A stretch of 63,544 bases of DNA, counting the filler, from Collodictyon triciliatum (Eukaryota): assembly GCA_043381765.1 (NCBI GenBank). It is 11 parts of 11 records of this genome, joined end to end, with 100 filler letters (N's around TTAATTAATTAA, not from the genome) between each part and the next. Parts side by side here need not be neighbours in the genome. Positions count along the whole stretch, not along the records: positions 12,545 to 14,970 come from JBHJMP010004664.1; positions 15,071 to 18,805 come from JBHJMP010004665.1; positions 18,906 to 25,075 come from JBHJMP010004666.1; positions 25,176 to 31,345 come from JBHJMP010004667.1; positions 31,446 to 40,673 come from JBHJMP010004668.1; 6 more parts are not named here. One strand, given 5' to 3'. The notes beneath the pieces are model-generated. The model searched no databases. It saw only the letters and a list, made by a program, of their open reading frames with translations, and was not told the origin of the DNA. The translations under genes and the position numbers were made by a program. Shown here in pieces: positions 12,591 through 31,556 of this stretch (position 1 is the first letter of the stretch; each line of letters begins with the position of its first letter).

Positions 12591-13213
12591 TGCGTGTGTC
12601 TGCGTGGATGCTATGCATAATCACGCGCGATAGCCGCCATGATTTACTCTATATACGTTTAAAACATCAAACAGCAACTATGAATGAGAATGGAAGCCTT
12701 CGCATTCGATAAGCAGTGTTTTCATATACTTCACTCACCATAGAGCAATCTCGGACCGATGCCGATGCAAAAGCCGTCCTCCCGCGTCGTTTCGCCATTT
12801 TACTTGCCCCAGTAAAAGAAAATAAAAATGAATGATGAAAAACGAGATGTGGCACCCACAGAAAAAAAACGAGAACTATGCCATTTGACACACAACTCAT
12901 GAGTTGAGTTCACTTTTTCTCTATCTTTTCCCAGATTTCTTGAATTTTTTTTTCTCTTTTTGCCTTTCTTTTTCCCAGTTAACCCCGATGCGCCCATACA
13001 TACTGCCACCACCGAGCTATGGGGCGAAACATGTCGTTTGTTTCTGTCAAACCCTTTCCCTAAAACGAAGCAGAAAGGGGAAGGGCCGATCAGAGAGACG
13101 AGCCTCCTTGCCTGGTGGGCTGCATGGTTGGCTGAAGCCCAAGATTGACCATGATATTCTTCTTGTCAAAGGAACTATCATACTGCTTAGCCGAGTCTGC
13201 GTTGCGAAAACTC

Positions 13214-14331
13214 ATGGGAGTCATACTTCGTAACTTGCAAAGTGTTGTCCCGCTTCGGAGTGATGTTTTATTGCAATACGCAGAGGTTGCGCAAAAGGTG
13301 ACTAACCATTATTTTATTTTATATTTTATTTTATTATTTTATTTTATTTAATGTCTTTCATGATATGGTTTCATAGGTTCTTGGTATCGAAAAGTATCGA
13401 TTGGCGATCATATGCACCAACGACCAAAAAATGAAGAAGCTGAACCTTCAGTATCGGCAAAAGTAAAACCAATGTACAACAAGCAGCAATTGCCATCGCA
13501 GATAGATTCCCCTTATGTTGAAATACATCATAGTATAACTCTACCCTCTACTCACTCCTTCCTTTTTTCTTTTCTTTTTAGGACAAAACCCACGGACGTT
13601 CTCACTTTTCCTGCCCTCATCGTATGTATAGAAAAATAATTATAAAACCAAAACCAAAATACCAAACCATCTGAGCGAGCATTATTTTATCATGCCCCGT
13701 CTTAATATAAAGCAGTAGATGAATTGATATAATGTGACCACGCCTCAGTATCTATTTCCCTCTTTTTTTTTCCCCTTAACACCTTGACGTATGAACCCAA
13801 CGACGATACATCACGCCTTTGTCATAATATAGGCTTCAACTCCAGGCGTTCCACCGAAACCTGAGGTGGATAATGATGAATTTTACTACCTTGGAGACAT
13901 TTATCTAGGGTTTCCATATATACCGAAGGTGGGATACGATTCTTGAAAAAAAATGTCCTATCATCCCACGTTTTTTTTCCCATTGATGATATTCAGACGT
14001 AGCTACTTCAGGAATGTCTAAAAAATCAATGGAAGCTCGAACCTCGATGTGGACGACTGATTGTGCACGGATATTGTCACCTTCTTGGGTATACGCACGA
14101 CTCAGACAAGTAAAAATAATAATCGTAATAACTGAATAATCACTCGATGGTTTCTTGGTATCAATAATATAATCTAGGTAGTGCATGCGGGTCAATTTTC
14201 TATCGTTTGAATATAACATAATCGTGTGCTTCGGTAGGGATGAGCTAGACATGCTTCGGGCTGAAAGAAAAGTGATTGCCAAGATCAATAGCGTTCTTCC
14301 ATCGTACCCAATACCAGATAGCCACATATAA
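13214..14331 (+). CDS. YBEY: YbeY rRNA-maturation endoribonuclease (6 exons)
   Basis: Spliced product has MKKLNLQYRQK-TKPTDVLTFP, LGDIYLG and LIVHGYCHLLGYTHD (HGxxHLLGYxH metal motif). Confidence 0.9.
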
Positions 14332-15544
14332 GCATAATAAATAAACATAGACCGTCAAATCGACTCTATACACTTTTATGTTAATCAGACATTGTTTCTT
14401 GTCATCTGACAATAGAGAATGTAGTAGGGTGGGGGCGCCCTTTGTTTTAAGTATCGATACCCATGATCTGTCTCGTCCTCTCCCAAAAATAATGATGGAA
14501 ATCGTATTAATAATATTGATAGCAATATACTGACATCCAGCTTAAGGGATACCCCAATTTAGAAATTATTATAAGTCGGGTCAAGGATGAATATTGCGGA
14601 CGTTCGATACCTCAATTCCGCTTCATATCGTCTTAAACGCAACCTTACAACCAAACCTATTTACCCCACGGCAAGCGAGCCGGGCGGGATGGTATGCGTG
14701 GCTAAGAAGAATTTCTTTGTTTAATCTTCCAGTCGATGAATGCGTGCTCACATAAAAGTATTGTATTCACATCTCGCATATGCTTCTGTTATTCTAAAAG
14801 ATATAATTGGAAAAAAAACTGAAAGGAAATATACATATATATAGAAGTGTAGTACCTTGGACAGCGTGAGGAAACTATAGATGTAGTTACAAAGAAGAAA
14901 AGAAAAGAAAGAGCGGGGGGGGGGGGGGGGGGCCCCCCCCCCCCCCCGGCCCCCGGCGAAACGTGGCCCCNNNNNNNNNNNNNNNNNNNNNNNNNNNNNN
15001 NNNNNNNNNNNNNNTTAATTAATTAANNNNNNNNNNNNNNNNNNNNNNNNNNNNNNNNNNNNNNNNNNNNAGCGCGCACCCTGCACGATGGCTGGCGAGA
15101 TGGCAGAGCAGATGAAGAAAAGGGGGGGGTGGGGGGGGGGGGGGAGGGTTCTCTGCCCTTCGCGGCTGCCGACGAAACTGTGACGCCCATATCTATCACA
15201 ACTTCATCACAATGACACATCATGACACCATTCCCGACAGACACTCATCCCATTTAATGGTTGTCGTTCCAAAGCGCAGAGCAAGGCCAATCACAATCGA
15301 TATCGTGGGCAACTCAGGCTTTTGAATATGCCAGCGCGATTACTTGCCCCTACCGCAATACTTTTTCTTGCTGATGGTAAAATGAAATAAAAAATGCGGT
15401 TACTTGGTGGATAGAATGAATTAAGGCTATTTTATATTATTATTATTATTAAAACAAGCACCAGAAGAGTATTAGTCACTTGGATTACTTTTAGTACTTA
15501 AAAATCTCACTCGATTATTAGTTAAAGCCCGTCCATATTTTTAA

Positions 15545-16307
15545 ATGTCACAAGTGGAGAGAGTCGATATCAAACCCCAGAAAGTATATACTTGGACAGA
15601 AGTTGCACAACACCACACGAAGCATAGCCTGTGGATTGTTTTATGGGACCAGGTTATTGTTCTTTGACTGAATTTTTTTGTACCGTCTACATCCCTTCTG
15701 ACACTACTCATAATTATGAAAGAGTTTATGTCCCCTATGTCTCCAATAAGTGTGGAGTTAGAGAACCGTTTACCTATTTTCTTTGCCAAATCTATATAAT
15801 ACCCTTTCCCTCAAATAATTATCCCTATATTGCAAGGTCTTTGATTTGACACAGTTCTTGTCCAAACATCCTGGCGGAGCGGAAATGATTATCAAGCTTG
15901 GAGGTGATTGAAATACTTATAATGATGATGATGTTGATGATGATAATAATAATAAATATGGAAGGAGCTTTCATATCCCAGCATTTCCCCCCAGCTTCTC
16001 TCCTTTATCTATTCCCAACTTCTACAGAAACATAATCAAATGGAAAGCGGCTTGGTGATCCAAAAGAAAACAAAAAATGCAAAGTAAAATAAGAGCTCTT
16101 TTATCGATCTTTGAATATAAAGAATTTCGATTAATTTTGACTTCTGTGCAACCTGTCTCAGGAAAGGATGCGACTGACTTTTATGCCGATGCGGGCCACT
16201 CTTTCGATGTTGTAGAAATGAGAAAAAGCTTCATGATTGGTGTAGTTGATAAGCCCAACGAGCACCCACCGGAACAGAAGCCAGGAGCTTGTTGCGCGGT
16301 CATGTAA
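15545..16307 (+). CDS. Cytochrome b5 heme-binding protein, 3 exons, no TM tail, C-terminal CCAVM
   Basis: VYTWTEVAQHHTKHSLWIVLWDQ|VFDLTQFLSKHPGGAEMIIKLGG|KDATDFYADAGHS...KPGACCAVM*; HPGG and GHS axial-His motifs. Confidence 0.92.
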
Positions 16308-16383
16308 AAGCAAGGCTGCCCTTTTTGTATTAGATATCTCACCCGCATCACACATCCACACTTCTGGTATCTGCAAGGAAGTT

Positions 16384-16410
16384 CACTTTAATCAAATAAA
16401 GGGAAAAAAA
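16384..16410 (+). mobile_element. Older family A 3'-tip copy in the cytochrome b5 3' flank
   Basis: CACTTTAATCAAATAAAGGG-A7 versus consensus CACTTTGAATCGAATAAAGG-An; only a decayed TSD (TATCTGCAAGGAA / TGTCCGCTAAGAA). Confidence 0.5.
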
Positions 16411-16639
16411 TGTCCGCTAAGAACATGACCAATCATATCTGACAACCAATCTAGAAATCAAATAGAAATGAGGGGGGAAAACCTACACGATGGAAAACTA
16501 CACATAATTGATTCATCTTCATATCGTTTCGTTTGGTTTCGTAAATTTATTTTTATTATTATCGTTCACTGAAGACTAGCTCGTGCCACTTCTTGTGTGA
16601 AAGGCAGGAAGCAGGCAGGTTTTCTCATCACGTCCTGCT

Positions 16640-18805
16640 TTATGATTCATATCGAGCTAACACTTTTGTCTTTTCCTCCAGAACTTCCTTTAGCTTGTTG
16701 AGCTGCACGCTTATTCTCATCTAGATAAAATATAAATGAAACGTCAACACTCGCACAGATTGGAGAAGGGGGGTATAAATCAGAAGATTATACAAAAAAA
16801 AAAAAACATTACAGATCTATCTTATACGCGTGTGGCAGATAATATCTAAAATCGATTTATTTTCATCAGAAAACTCACCGATTCTGATTTGATTGTCTCG
16901 CTCTTGTCTCGAAGTTTCTTCAAATCTAATGTCAAAAGACCAACTTTCGCTTGTTGACGGTTTTGCTCCTCAGATCCATCAACGAGGTCGTCGAGTATCT
17001 TGACTTCCTTCCTCAGCTCCATATCCTTTTTACGAATGGTGATTGTAAGCGATGACGACTGCTTTGTAGTGGCGATATAGCTGGCGTGAAGTTCATCAAT
17101 CTTTTCATTGCATCCATAAATTTCCCTCTTCAGAATCTCCTCTGGTGATTTTGCAATGCTTGTCTGTTCTGGTATTGGAGCCCGAGCCTGAGCTTGAGCC
17201 GGCGAGACAACATCTTTACGAGCAATAGATAGCAACGATTCTACCCCTTTCTTTGCCGGAGAAAGTAAAGGAGCTGCTGACAGTGAAATTTTGCTTGGGG
17301 TGGACTGCAGTTGCATCTGAGCCTGTGATTGTGATGGTATCTGTGACTGTGACTGAACCTGTGTTTGGCGCATTGAGGTTGCACCCTTGTGCGGCTTGTA
17401 ATTCCCTGAGCTTATCTCAATCAAGATACCAGATATGATATCATCAGAGGGCGCGGTTGGTGACAATGGCTGGGCCTCTCCATCTTTTGGTAAATCTTCT
17501 AGAGATAAATTACCATGCAAAAATGACTCTAATCTGTTTCTTTTAAGTAAATATTCGTATTTTTCCATTCGTTTTTTTAGGTTAGATTTTGAGAATCGGT
17601 CAGTTGCATCCTCTTTACCAACAGATACACCTGCTACAGAATCATAGTGGTTTGCAGAGGCTCTCAGTCCTTGATTGTCTCGACCTCTTTGGTCTCCTGT
17701 GATGGTATCATCAAGGGGGACATTTAAAAGCTCTCCAACCAAATTGTGCCTTTCTTCCAACGTCGGGGCACTATTCAATATTCTTTCCAAGCTAGTTACG
17801 TCCTTGGGCATATTATGTTCATTTATCTGACCTTCTTTCGGCTCAGATACCACATAAAAAACTTCTTCGCCAAGAAGGCTTATCGCACGATAAAACTCTC
17901 GAAGGAATGGCGAAGTTGTGTCGTCTGTAAAATCACGCACTTTAACATGAGCCATCGCATGGGCTATTATCAACGAAAGGTCACCAACGGAATCGAATCG
18001 TTGGTGTCGAATAAATAGGCTCTGGTTAGCCTGGCTGTAAAAGTAGGAATTCCTGAACGCATTTCTGTGGTAGTTTGTCTGGGGCAAGCTTCGAGCTGCT
18101 ATGATGGAGACTGGCTCATGTTGCAACTTGCTGACAAATAAGTCCACCAAAAATGATGCAAACTTGTATGCAACAAAATGAGTGGACTTCATTCCAGTCG
18201 GCTCCATGGGTATCAATTCCCCTTGTGACTGAAACCGGCTATCAAATTCATCCTGAAATATGCCACCATTTCCTGGTATATTTAAGGATTGTGCGGGGCT
18301 TTCCATGGGCTCTTGTTCGTTAATCGAAATACCGACTTCTTTCAAACATCGAATCAAGATTTGTTCCACCTGGCCAAGTTTTTCAAGAAGTGGGGGCACC
18401 AAGGTCGGGTCGAGCATCCCATTCCGGATGAGCTTCTTAAACGGAGCAGACCCTGGCCGTTTCAATGGAGTGTTTTGCACTGGAGATTGATTAATATCGA
18501 AAGCAGGACCTCTCCATTTATCTAAAGAGCCAGTGCTACTTTGCCTAGCCAGACCAATAGGCTTACCATCACTTCGGGTTGCTTTACTCAGTAAATCCTT
18601 GTTGTGTGACACTAAAGACGGTTTGGATGTATCACCAAAGTCTTTCTTGATTTTTTCATCAAATAATTGTGTCTGCTTCTGGTCTAACTTTGATAATTCC
18701 TCTCGATTCGCTAGTTCTTTTTCGACTAGCTCCTTCTTTGCAAGCACTTCGATTTCTTGGCCTTTGAGCTTCTTCCTGGCTTCTTTTTTCTTTGCTATCC
18801 GATCG
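16640..18805 (-). CDS. C-terminal part of a large uncharacterised protein with coiled coils and a globular HAMAH-containing domain (5'-partial)
   Basis: Open frame of more than 630 codons; GTGAG donor near 16879 and a terminal exon MRISVQLNKLKEVLEEKTKVLARYES*. Core segment ARSLPQTNYHRNAFRNSYFY...LFIRHQRFDSVGDLSLIIAHAMAHVK. Confidence 0.75.
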
Positions 18806-19166
18806 NNNNNNNNNNNNNNNNNNNNNNNNNNNNNNNNNNNNNNNNNNNNTTAATTAATTAANNNNNNNNNNNNNNNNNNNNNNNNNNNNNNNNNNNNNNN
18901 NNNNNGTTTTATCTGTTTTATCTGTTTTATCTGTTTTATCTGTTTTATCTGTTTTATCTGTTTTATCTGTTTTATCTGTTTTATCTGTTTTATCTGTTTT
19001 ATCTGTTTTATCTGTTTTATCTGTTTTATCTGTTTCATATCTTTCTGTCTCTCTTTCTCCGCTTTTAAACTTAATCATAAACTGGTTGCAAACTCAGGGG
19101 AAAAAGAAAGCACCAAAGCCATCTTCGAAAAAGGCACAGAGGCTCTCTGCAGCGGGAGAATCTGCC

Positions 19167-24817
<5,651 letters not shown>

Positions 24818-25175
24818 GTATGTCGGGATATTTAATGGCCACATTCTTTTTCTTGTTTTTCTACTTTTCTTTTTTCTTTCTTTTTTTTCTTTCTTTTTTT
24901 CTTTCTTTTTTTCTTTCTTTTTTTCTTTCTTTTTTTCTTTCTTTTTTCTTTCTTTTTTTCTTTCTTTTTTTCTTTCTTTTTTTCTTTCTTTTTTTCTTTC
25001 TTTTTTTCTTTCTTTTTTTCTTTCTTTTTTTTCTTTCTTTTTTCTTTTTTCTTTTTTTCTTTTTTTCTTTTTTTTNNNNNNNNNNNNNNNNNNNNNNNNN
25101 NNNNNNNNNNNNNNNNNNNTTAATTAATTAANNNNNNNNNNNNNNNNNNNNNNNNNNNNNNNNNNNNNNNNNNNN

Positions 25176-25266
<91 letters not shown>

Positions 25267-25322
25267 TTTTCATCAAACGGATTCGATCTTTTGTGCTCAG
25301 AAGAGCTGCCAAGTGTGCGACG

Positions 25323-28300
25323 ATGGCCGAAGATGAAATCGAAGTCGACCTGCGCATCTTTCGTGAAGAGTCTCACCCACATCATCGATCAATTACTTTG
25401 CAAAGTGTTCCAAACTGCAGAGATCTGGGCGGACACATAATCTTCAATGCCAGGTTTCTCTCTTGCTTTCATCTGAACTGATATCTGCCAAGAACGGTGG
25501 CGTTTGTTTGAATACCTTTACAGAAAACTCTGCAACTCTTTTTGAGCTCTTTGCAAAGCCTGTCAATACGAATCATCTACGGATATATATTCTTTATAAT
25601 ACTTCTGCCTGTCTCATGTGTCTGTGCCGCGTTGGTTTTTTTTCCCCTCACAGATAGGCGATTATATATTATCCTCCTTTTTTTTTTTTGAAGCATTTTC
25701 AACATATTCTTTTGAAGCTTTTAAAGATACTTTTTTTCTTCCCAATACTGAATCAAGATGATAATATAGCGGGAAAATGACTGGTCGTACGCGTTGGGGT
25801 CTCATATACCGGAGTGGGCGCCCGATCTATGCATCTTCGAATGATGTGACACATATATTGACCATCATGAATGTTCGCACGATTGTAATTTTACCTACAT
25901 ACTTACATATGATCTCATTGTTATGGCTTGTTGTTTTTGTGTATGTATGTATGTATGTATGTATGTATGTATGTATGTATGTATGTATGTATGTATGTAT
26001 GTATGTATGTATGTATGTATGTATGTATGTATGTGTGTGTGTATGTGTGTATGTGTGTATGCTACTGGAGCAATACATACTTTGTAAAATACAAATACAT
26101 GCATTCATGCAACCCCAATTACTTTCTGCATTAGATTGACCTAAGAACACCTGATGAGCAGAAAAAGGATGGTTACTCTCAATTGATGGGTCACTATACA
26201 CCAGACCCTTTAACAGAAGAAAAGGTCTGTTCAGTTTCTGTAAATAACAGCATGTAGATATATATAGGATAAATTAAACACCTGGTGTAAGAAAATATAT
26301 GATGAACGCAGTAAATATTGTGACATTTGTGATTCTTCATATTTCATTCTATTACAGACATATTTATCTGCTACTGAATTTGCTAATGTATTTATATCCG
26401 TATTTCACGGCTTGTGGATTTGTTTTCTTCTTAATTTTACTCTTCTTTGCTTGTTTTTTTTTTATTTGTTTACTCATTCATGCAATCATTCATCCATTAG
26501 CTTTTTACGCGAGGCCAGATTTATTGGTGCTTCTTCTTAACAGTTTCTCTGGTCATTTCAACAGGCGTTTACTTCTACACCAAATCTATTACAATTCTTT
26601 TCTACACACTATCATTTTTCTCGGCAGTCATTTTGTCCTATTTATTTTACACAAGCCTGATTCGACACAGACTATCATTAAGCCCCAAGGGCATCAACAA
26701 TCCAAAGAAATGTGAAACTATGAGTAACGACCCAGACCAAAAGGATTTTTTTGACAAAAAGGCTCACACATTATGCTGCTTTTTTCGTTCATTTTTTAGC
26801 CGAGTTCCAACGCAGCCTAGTATCATATCTGCAAGCAAGCCCAAAGTGAATAGCCACGATATTACTGGAGATGCCTCACTTTCTAAACCCGGCACATCAC
26901 CCCAGTTTCAGCAACAAAATAACATATTTTCTAGAGGTCTGGGAGGATTCGCGAGTATCCTTCCGTCACGTTTACATCCAAATCGCAATGGTTATGAGCT
27001 TGTGGGATTGAAATCAGCTTCGAATATTTCCCTTCAAATCGATCAAGAAATCCAGCAAGAAATGAATGATGATATCCACGAGATGGAACTTAATCTAGAT
27101 CCAAAAGATAATTCAGATTATGTTGTTGAAATTGATGAGCTATCGCTTATGGAAGATTCGGGCTCTAATCCAAAGAGTGAAAATGGGGGCGTTAGTTATT
27201 CACCATCAGACCAACCTGTGCCTGGAATTATGCCCAGAAGGCATGTTCGAATCTCTTTAGCAAACAACGACTTCATTCGGAAGGGTGTCCTAAACCAAGC
27301 TCCTTATTCTGTCCAAGTTCCCGTTATTCTATGGCTCGTGGTAGGAAGAAAAGACAAAGCAGCATATTTGTTAACCAAAGGCTGTGTGGGACAATGGAAT
27401 TTGACTGAATTTTACACGAGACTCATAGAGTATTCACAACCACAAATTGCAAAGGTACTTTAGCCCCTTGATACACACTATCTCATTCCATCGATATATT
27501 ATGAAGCCATCGCACTCTAAATGTTAATTTTATATAACATGGAAGCCAAGCCCTTTACTATCTTGCTTATTTAAATACATTTAGTGTATGGACCTCTTTG
27601 CTGATTCTAGCAACTATCCCGTATAGTTTTTACAATAACAAAAAATTTTAATCAAAGCATTATGAATACATCTTTCGATTTCATCCGGCAATTCACATTT
27701 GAATTCACCCTTCTATTTTGCGTTTTTTTTTAATCCAAGATTGTCTTTCATTGTACTCACGGGAAAGACCGCACGGGTGTCATCGCCGGTTGCTTCAAAT
27801 ATCTAACATTAACTTATTATTATTTAAAAACGAAAAATAAAACTAAGAGAAAGTGCATTTTGCTTATTTTTGTCAAAATAGAAACTAAAATAATAGTAAT
27901 AATGAGCCAATCCTTTATTTGCAACTAGCTCTTGTCCTTGGTTGCCTTGGTGTATCTGCAGATGATATTGCCAATGATTACTCTATGTCATCAAAACATC
28001 CCCTTCCTGAAGGTGACGCATTCAACAAGGCCCCGCCAGGAATGACAAAGTCTCACTTTGAACAAGTCTTTCTGTCTGCTAACCCAGAGGTGAGTTAACA
28101 TGTAAAGGAATTTCAGTTGAGGGGTGGATGTGAGAGAGAGAAAAAAAGGAAAGAGAATATGAGCTGCCCACTTTCTTTTGTCATGAATCCTAGCCCGTTT
28201 TCACATGAACTTTGCATCCATGCGTAGACCATGCAGAATACCCTTTCTTTTGTGAACGCTCGGTACGGGTCTGTTCATCAATACCTTGATTTGATTGGCT

Positions 28301-28362
28301 TCGGTGCGGAGAAGCAGGCTCGTTTGAAGAGTATCATGGTCGAGCAAATAGCACAGGCTTAG
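25323..28362 (+). CDS. IphP/PtpB-like (Y_phosphatase3) tyrosine/phosphoinositide phosphatase, multi-exon
   Basis: NCRDLGG, IYRSG, TI|IDLRTPDE, VFHCTHGKDRTGVIA (HCX5R), LGVSADDIANDYSMS, YGSVHQYLDLIGF. Confidence 0.9.
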
Positions 28363-29453
28363 ACTCACCATTAATATGTATTCGAACGCAATCTTATCCA
28401 AAGAAATCACTTAATAGCATGAACCCCAAATAAAAAAAAAAAACGAGAATATCGAAGTCATAATCAAATACCCCATGATTGGTGAAGTCGGCACATTAAA
28501 CTTAGGTCTCTATGAATAAGTACAACAAAGATAAATGCATGAAACAGCGGTCGCCCCTTTATACCAATTTTCTCTTCTTTGCCGTGGCTTTTTGCAATAC
28601 AGCTACGCGCAGAAAATACTTCAATTAAATCTTCGCAAAACCCAGTGCGCCAAAATCTCGCTATGGTGGTACAATTGCGGAATTTATATATAAACAATAT
28701 TTCTGCTCATCTTTATAGAAAAGAGCCCCAGCATTGGATACAATAATGTCGACCATCATACAGTTAAGTTTCTTATTATGGAAGACGTGTGTAATAAGCA
28801 ATTACCCGATTGAGACGATGTTCTACACGCTAGTGACGCCATTATCACCAGTAATATGACGTCATTTTACATACACTTCAATTCCACTAAAGAGTAATGG
28901 ACATCAACCCGCAACCACAAGCTTTAAACTTGTCCACGCGCAACCCAGCCAGGCTTATTTTTTTCTCAGGATTCGCCCAGTTGAAAATAGCGGTGACGTG
29001 CGATGCACTCAGCAAGGCGTTGGCAGCCGCATACTCTGATGGGCGCTTACAACCAATTCTCTAACAAGGTGTTTACATACTAGACTTGGCGCTGAGTGAG
29101 ATGGCGAGATATGAAATTAATTAGTCTACATGCACTTTCACCCCGTGCCTGACTCCCCTTCGCCCGGATTCTAAACAATTCACCAAAGGAAAGACGAAGG
29201 ATAAACAACAAATAACAAAGAAGCAAATCATCCAACACCGCCCCACTCGACAAGTCTTGCCAAACAAAACAAAACAAAACAATCAAATCATCATCTTGTT
29301 TTCCTAAAAGACGCGGTGAAAAGAGAGGGGGAGAGAAAGGGGAGATTCTACCAAAATCTTCAACACCCAATTCCCACACAAAACGAATGAAATTGCGGTG
29401 AGGTCCGAACCAAGTTGGCTGATGGAGCAACAGACTAACCCCTCTCTATCAGA

Positions 29454-31076
29454 ATGAGGCGAGTCGCTGCTGCTCCGAAGCGAGACAATAAGGGCACCAA
29501 AGAAAGCGTCAAACAGACGCAGCTTTTCAAAGGCGAAGTTGACACGATTGCCGAGCCCATCACGGATGAAGACTTCAGTGAAGTAAGTCCCCCTGCCAAG
29601 CATCGCGCGTATCAGAGATATACACACTGATTCAAGGCAGGCAAGTCGGCTCACTTTTGCTGCCCAATCAAAAAGGACTACAAGAACTTCAAAGGCATGC
29701 GCCGCCGCGAGCTGACGGATCTGTTTGACAAGGAGTTTCTGGACTTTGGCTATTGGCTGCGCAAGGAGATCGGCAAAAAATACACCCGAGCCGACTTTCT
29801 GCGCATCAACCAGCGCGAATCCATGGTGACCTACTTCCAGTTTGTCCTCCTGATAGTCTCATATGTTGCTCTCTACACATACGCAGATGAATACCGCTAC
29901 CTTTGGCGCATCCCGCTGTTTATTCTTGCGGTTATCGTCTTCCAAAACGAGCAAATGGTGCACACTAGAATGCACTGGGCTGGTGACATGACTGGCTGCA
30001 AAGCCTTTGACGTTTTCATCGACTCCACCATCATGATGATGACGGGGTTTTCCAAGGAAGCCTTCCGCCGCCGCCACGTTGATGAGCACATGGCAGACAT
30101 CAGCAATGTTGCAAGACTCTTTGGTGAAGCATGGCTGCCGTTCTTGGATTTGCCCGCCATTTGGTATCTGCGCCCGTTCGACCTTGTGCGTCTCTTGCTC
30201 GACGAGAAGCGCTGCAAGCAGTTTGAATTCAGCCGCCATCAGCTGCTCATAGAGGCCGTTGGGTTGTATACCTATCTGGTTTGCGTCGGATTGGAACTGT
30301 ACATCGGATCTAACTTCCTGCTGTGCTACCATTTGGTTCCCATGATGATTGTCATGACGGCACGTCTGATGACAGGGATGTTTACACACTCTGGCATCGA
30401 CCGTCGCAACAGCTTCAATTCTTGCGGGCTATTCGACCAGCGCGATGCTAAAGGGCTCTTCAAGGTCACTATTTGGTGGATTAATGTGCTGACCGATTGG
30501 GGCCTGAGCAACCACAGCATCCACCACGGCCACGCGCAATGCCCTGTCTCGATTGTCAACAAAAACCTCCGTCAAATCAACAAATACATTCTGGAAAACT
30601 ACAAGGATGTCCGATACAATCGTGTGTTGTCTCATGAGACAAATAAGGACTTGCTCGAGTCGCTTCCCGAACCCAAGTGGTACCATTATATCATTCAGTT
30701 TATTGTGACAAACACAGCCATGTTCCTAACCTCCTTGACAATCCTGGGAATAGACATATCGCCAATCATCTTTGAGTTGGCCATGGTTGACTATCGTGCG
30801 TTTCTTTACTCTACAAAAGCCCAGCGTTATGCAAACTACATCGCGTTGTGGGATTCGATCCACTTTAACGACCGTGCAAAGGCCATCCCAAATCCTCACC
30901 ACTACATGACCTTTATTAAAAACGGAATCGAAGACATGAAAGCTTACATGAGGGCAAATCCACAGCTCGCCAAACCTGTTGCTTATCGTCGCTATGCGCC
31001 TGACTGGGTTTACGAGTCGAATGGTATAAGTCTTGTTCCTCTGGAAAACCATGGAGGATACGAATCCCGTCTCTGA
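29454..31076 (+). CDS. Membrane-bound di-iron fatty-acid desaturase/hydroxylase-like protein (exons 29454-29582 and 29676-31076)
   Basis: His boxes HTRMH, HVDEH and HSIHHGH plus FTHSG, separated by hydrophobic helices. A GTAAGT...AAG intron joins a 43-codon first exon in frame to the 459-aa ORF. Confidence 0.8.
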
Positions 31077-31445
31077 AAGTCGTGAGCCATGGGTATCTGC
31101 AAGATTATGGCGATGCACGCACAAGATAGTGGCTGAGTCTTCGGCTTTCAATTTGCCTGTCGGCTCTAAGAGGCCCACCAGTAATGCAGCAGCACTCTCC
31201 CCAAATAAAAACAAAAACAAAAATAAAAATAAAACAAAAATAAAACAAAAACAAAAATAAAACAAAAATAAAACAAAAATAAAACAAAAATAAAACAAAA
31301 ATAAAACAAAAATAAAACAAAAATAAAACAAAAATAAAACAAAAANNNNNNNNNNNNNNNNNNNNNNNNNNNNNNNNNNNNNNNNNNNNTTAATTAATTA
31401 ANNNNNNNNNNNNNNNNNNNNNNNNNNNNNNNNNNNNNNNNNNNN

Positions 31446-31492
<47 letters not shown>

Positions 31493-31556
31493 TCCCTCTC
31501 TCTTCTCTTCTCTTCTCTCGGGAATAAGCTCGCTATAAACAAAATCGCAGCACATC

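Noticed and set aside
14915-14950. G-run/C-run palindrome, and Tn-An palindromes at 20507, 35354, 36983 and 55971
   Set aside because: Homopolymer junctions, one at a low-quality contig end; no evidence of function.
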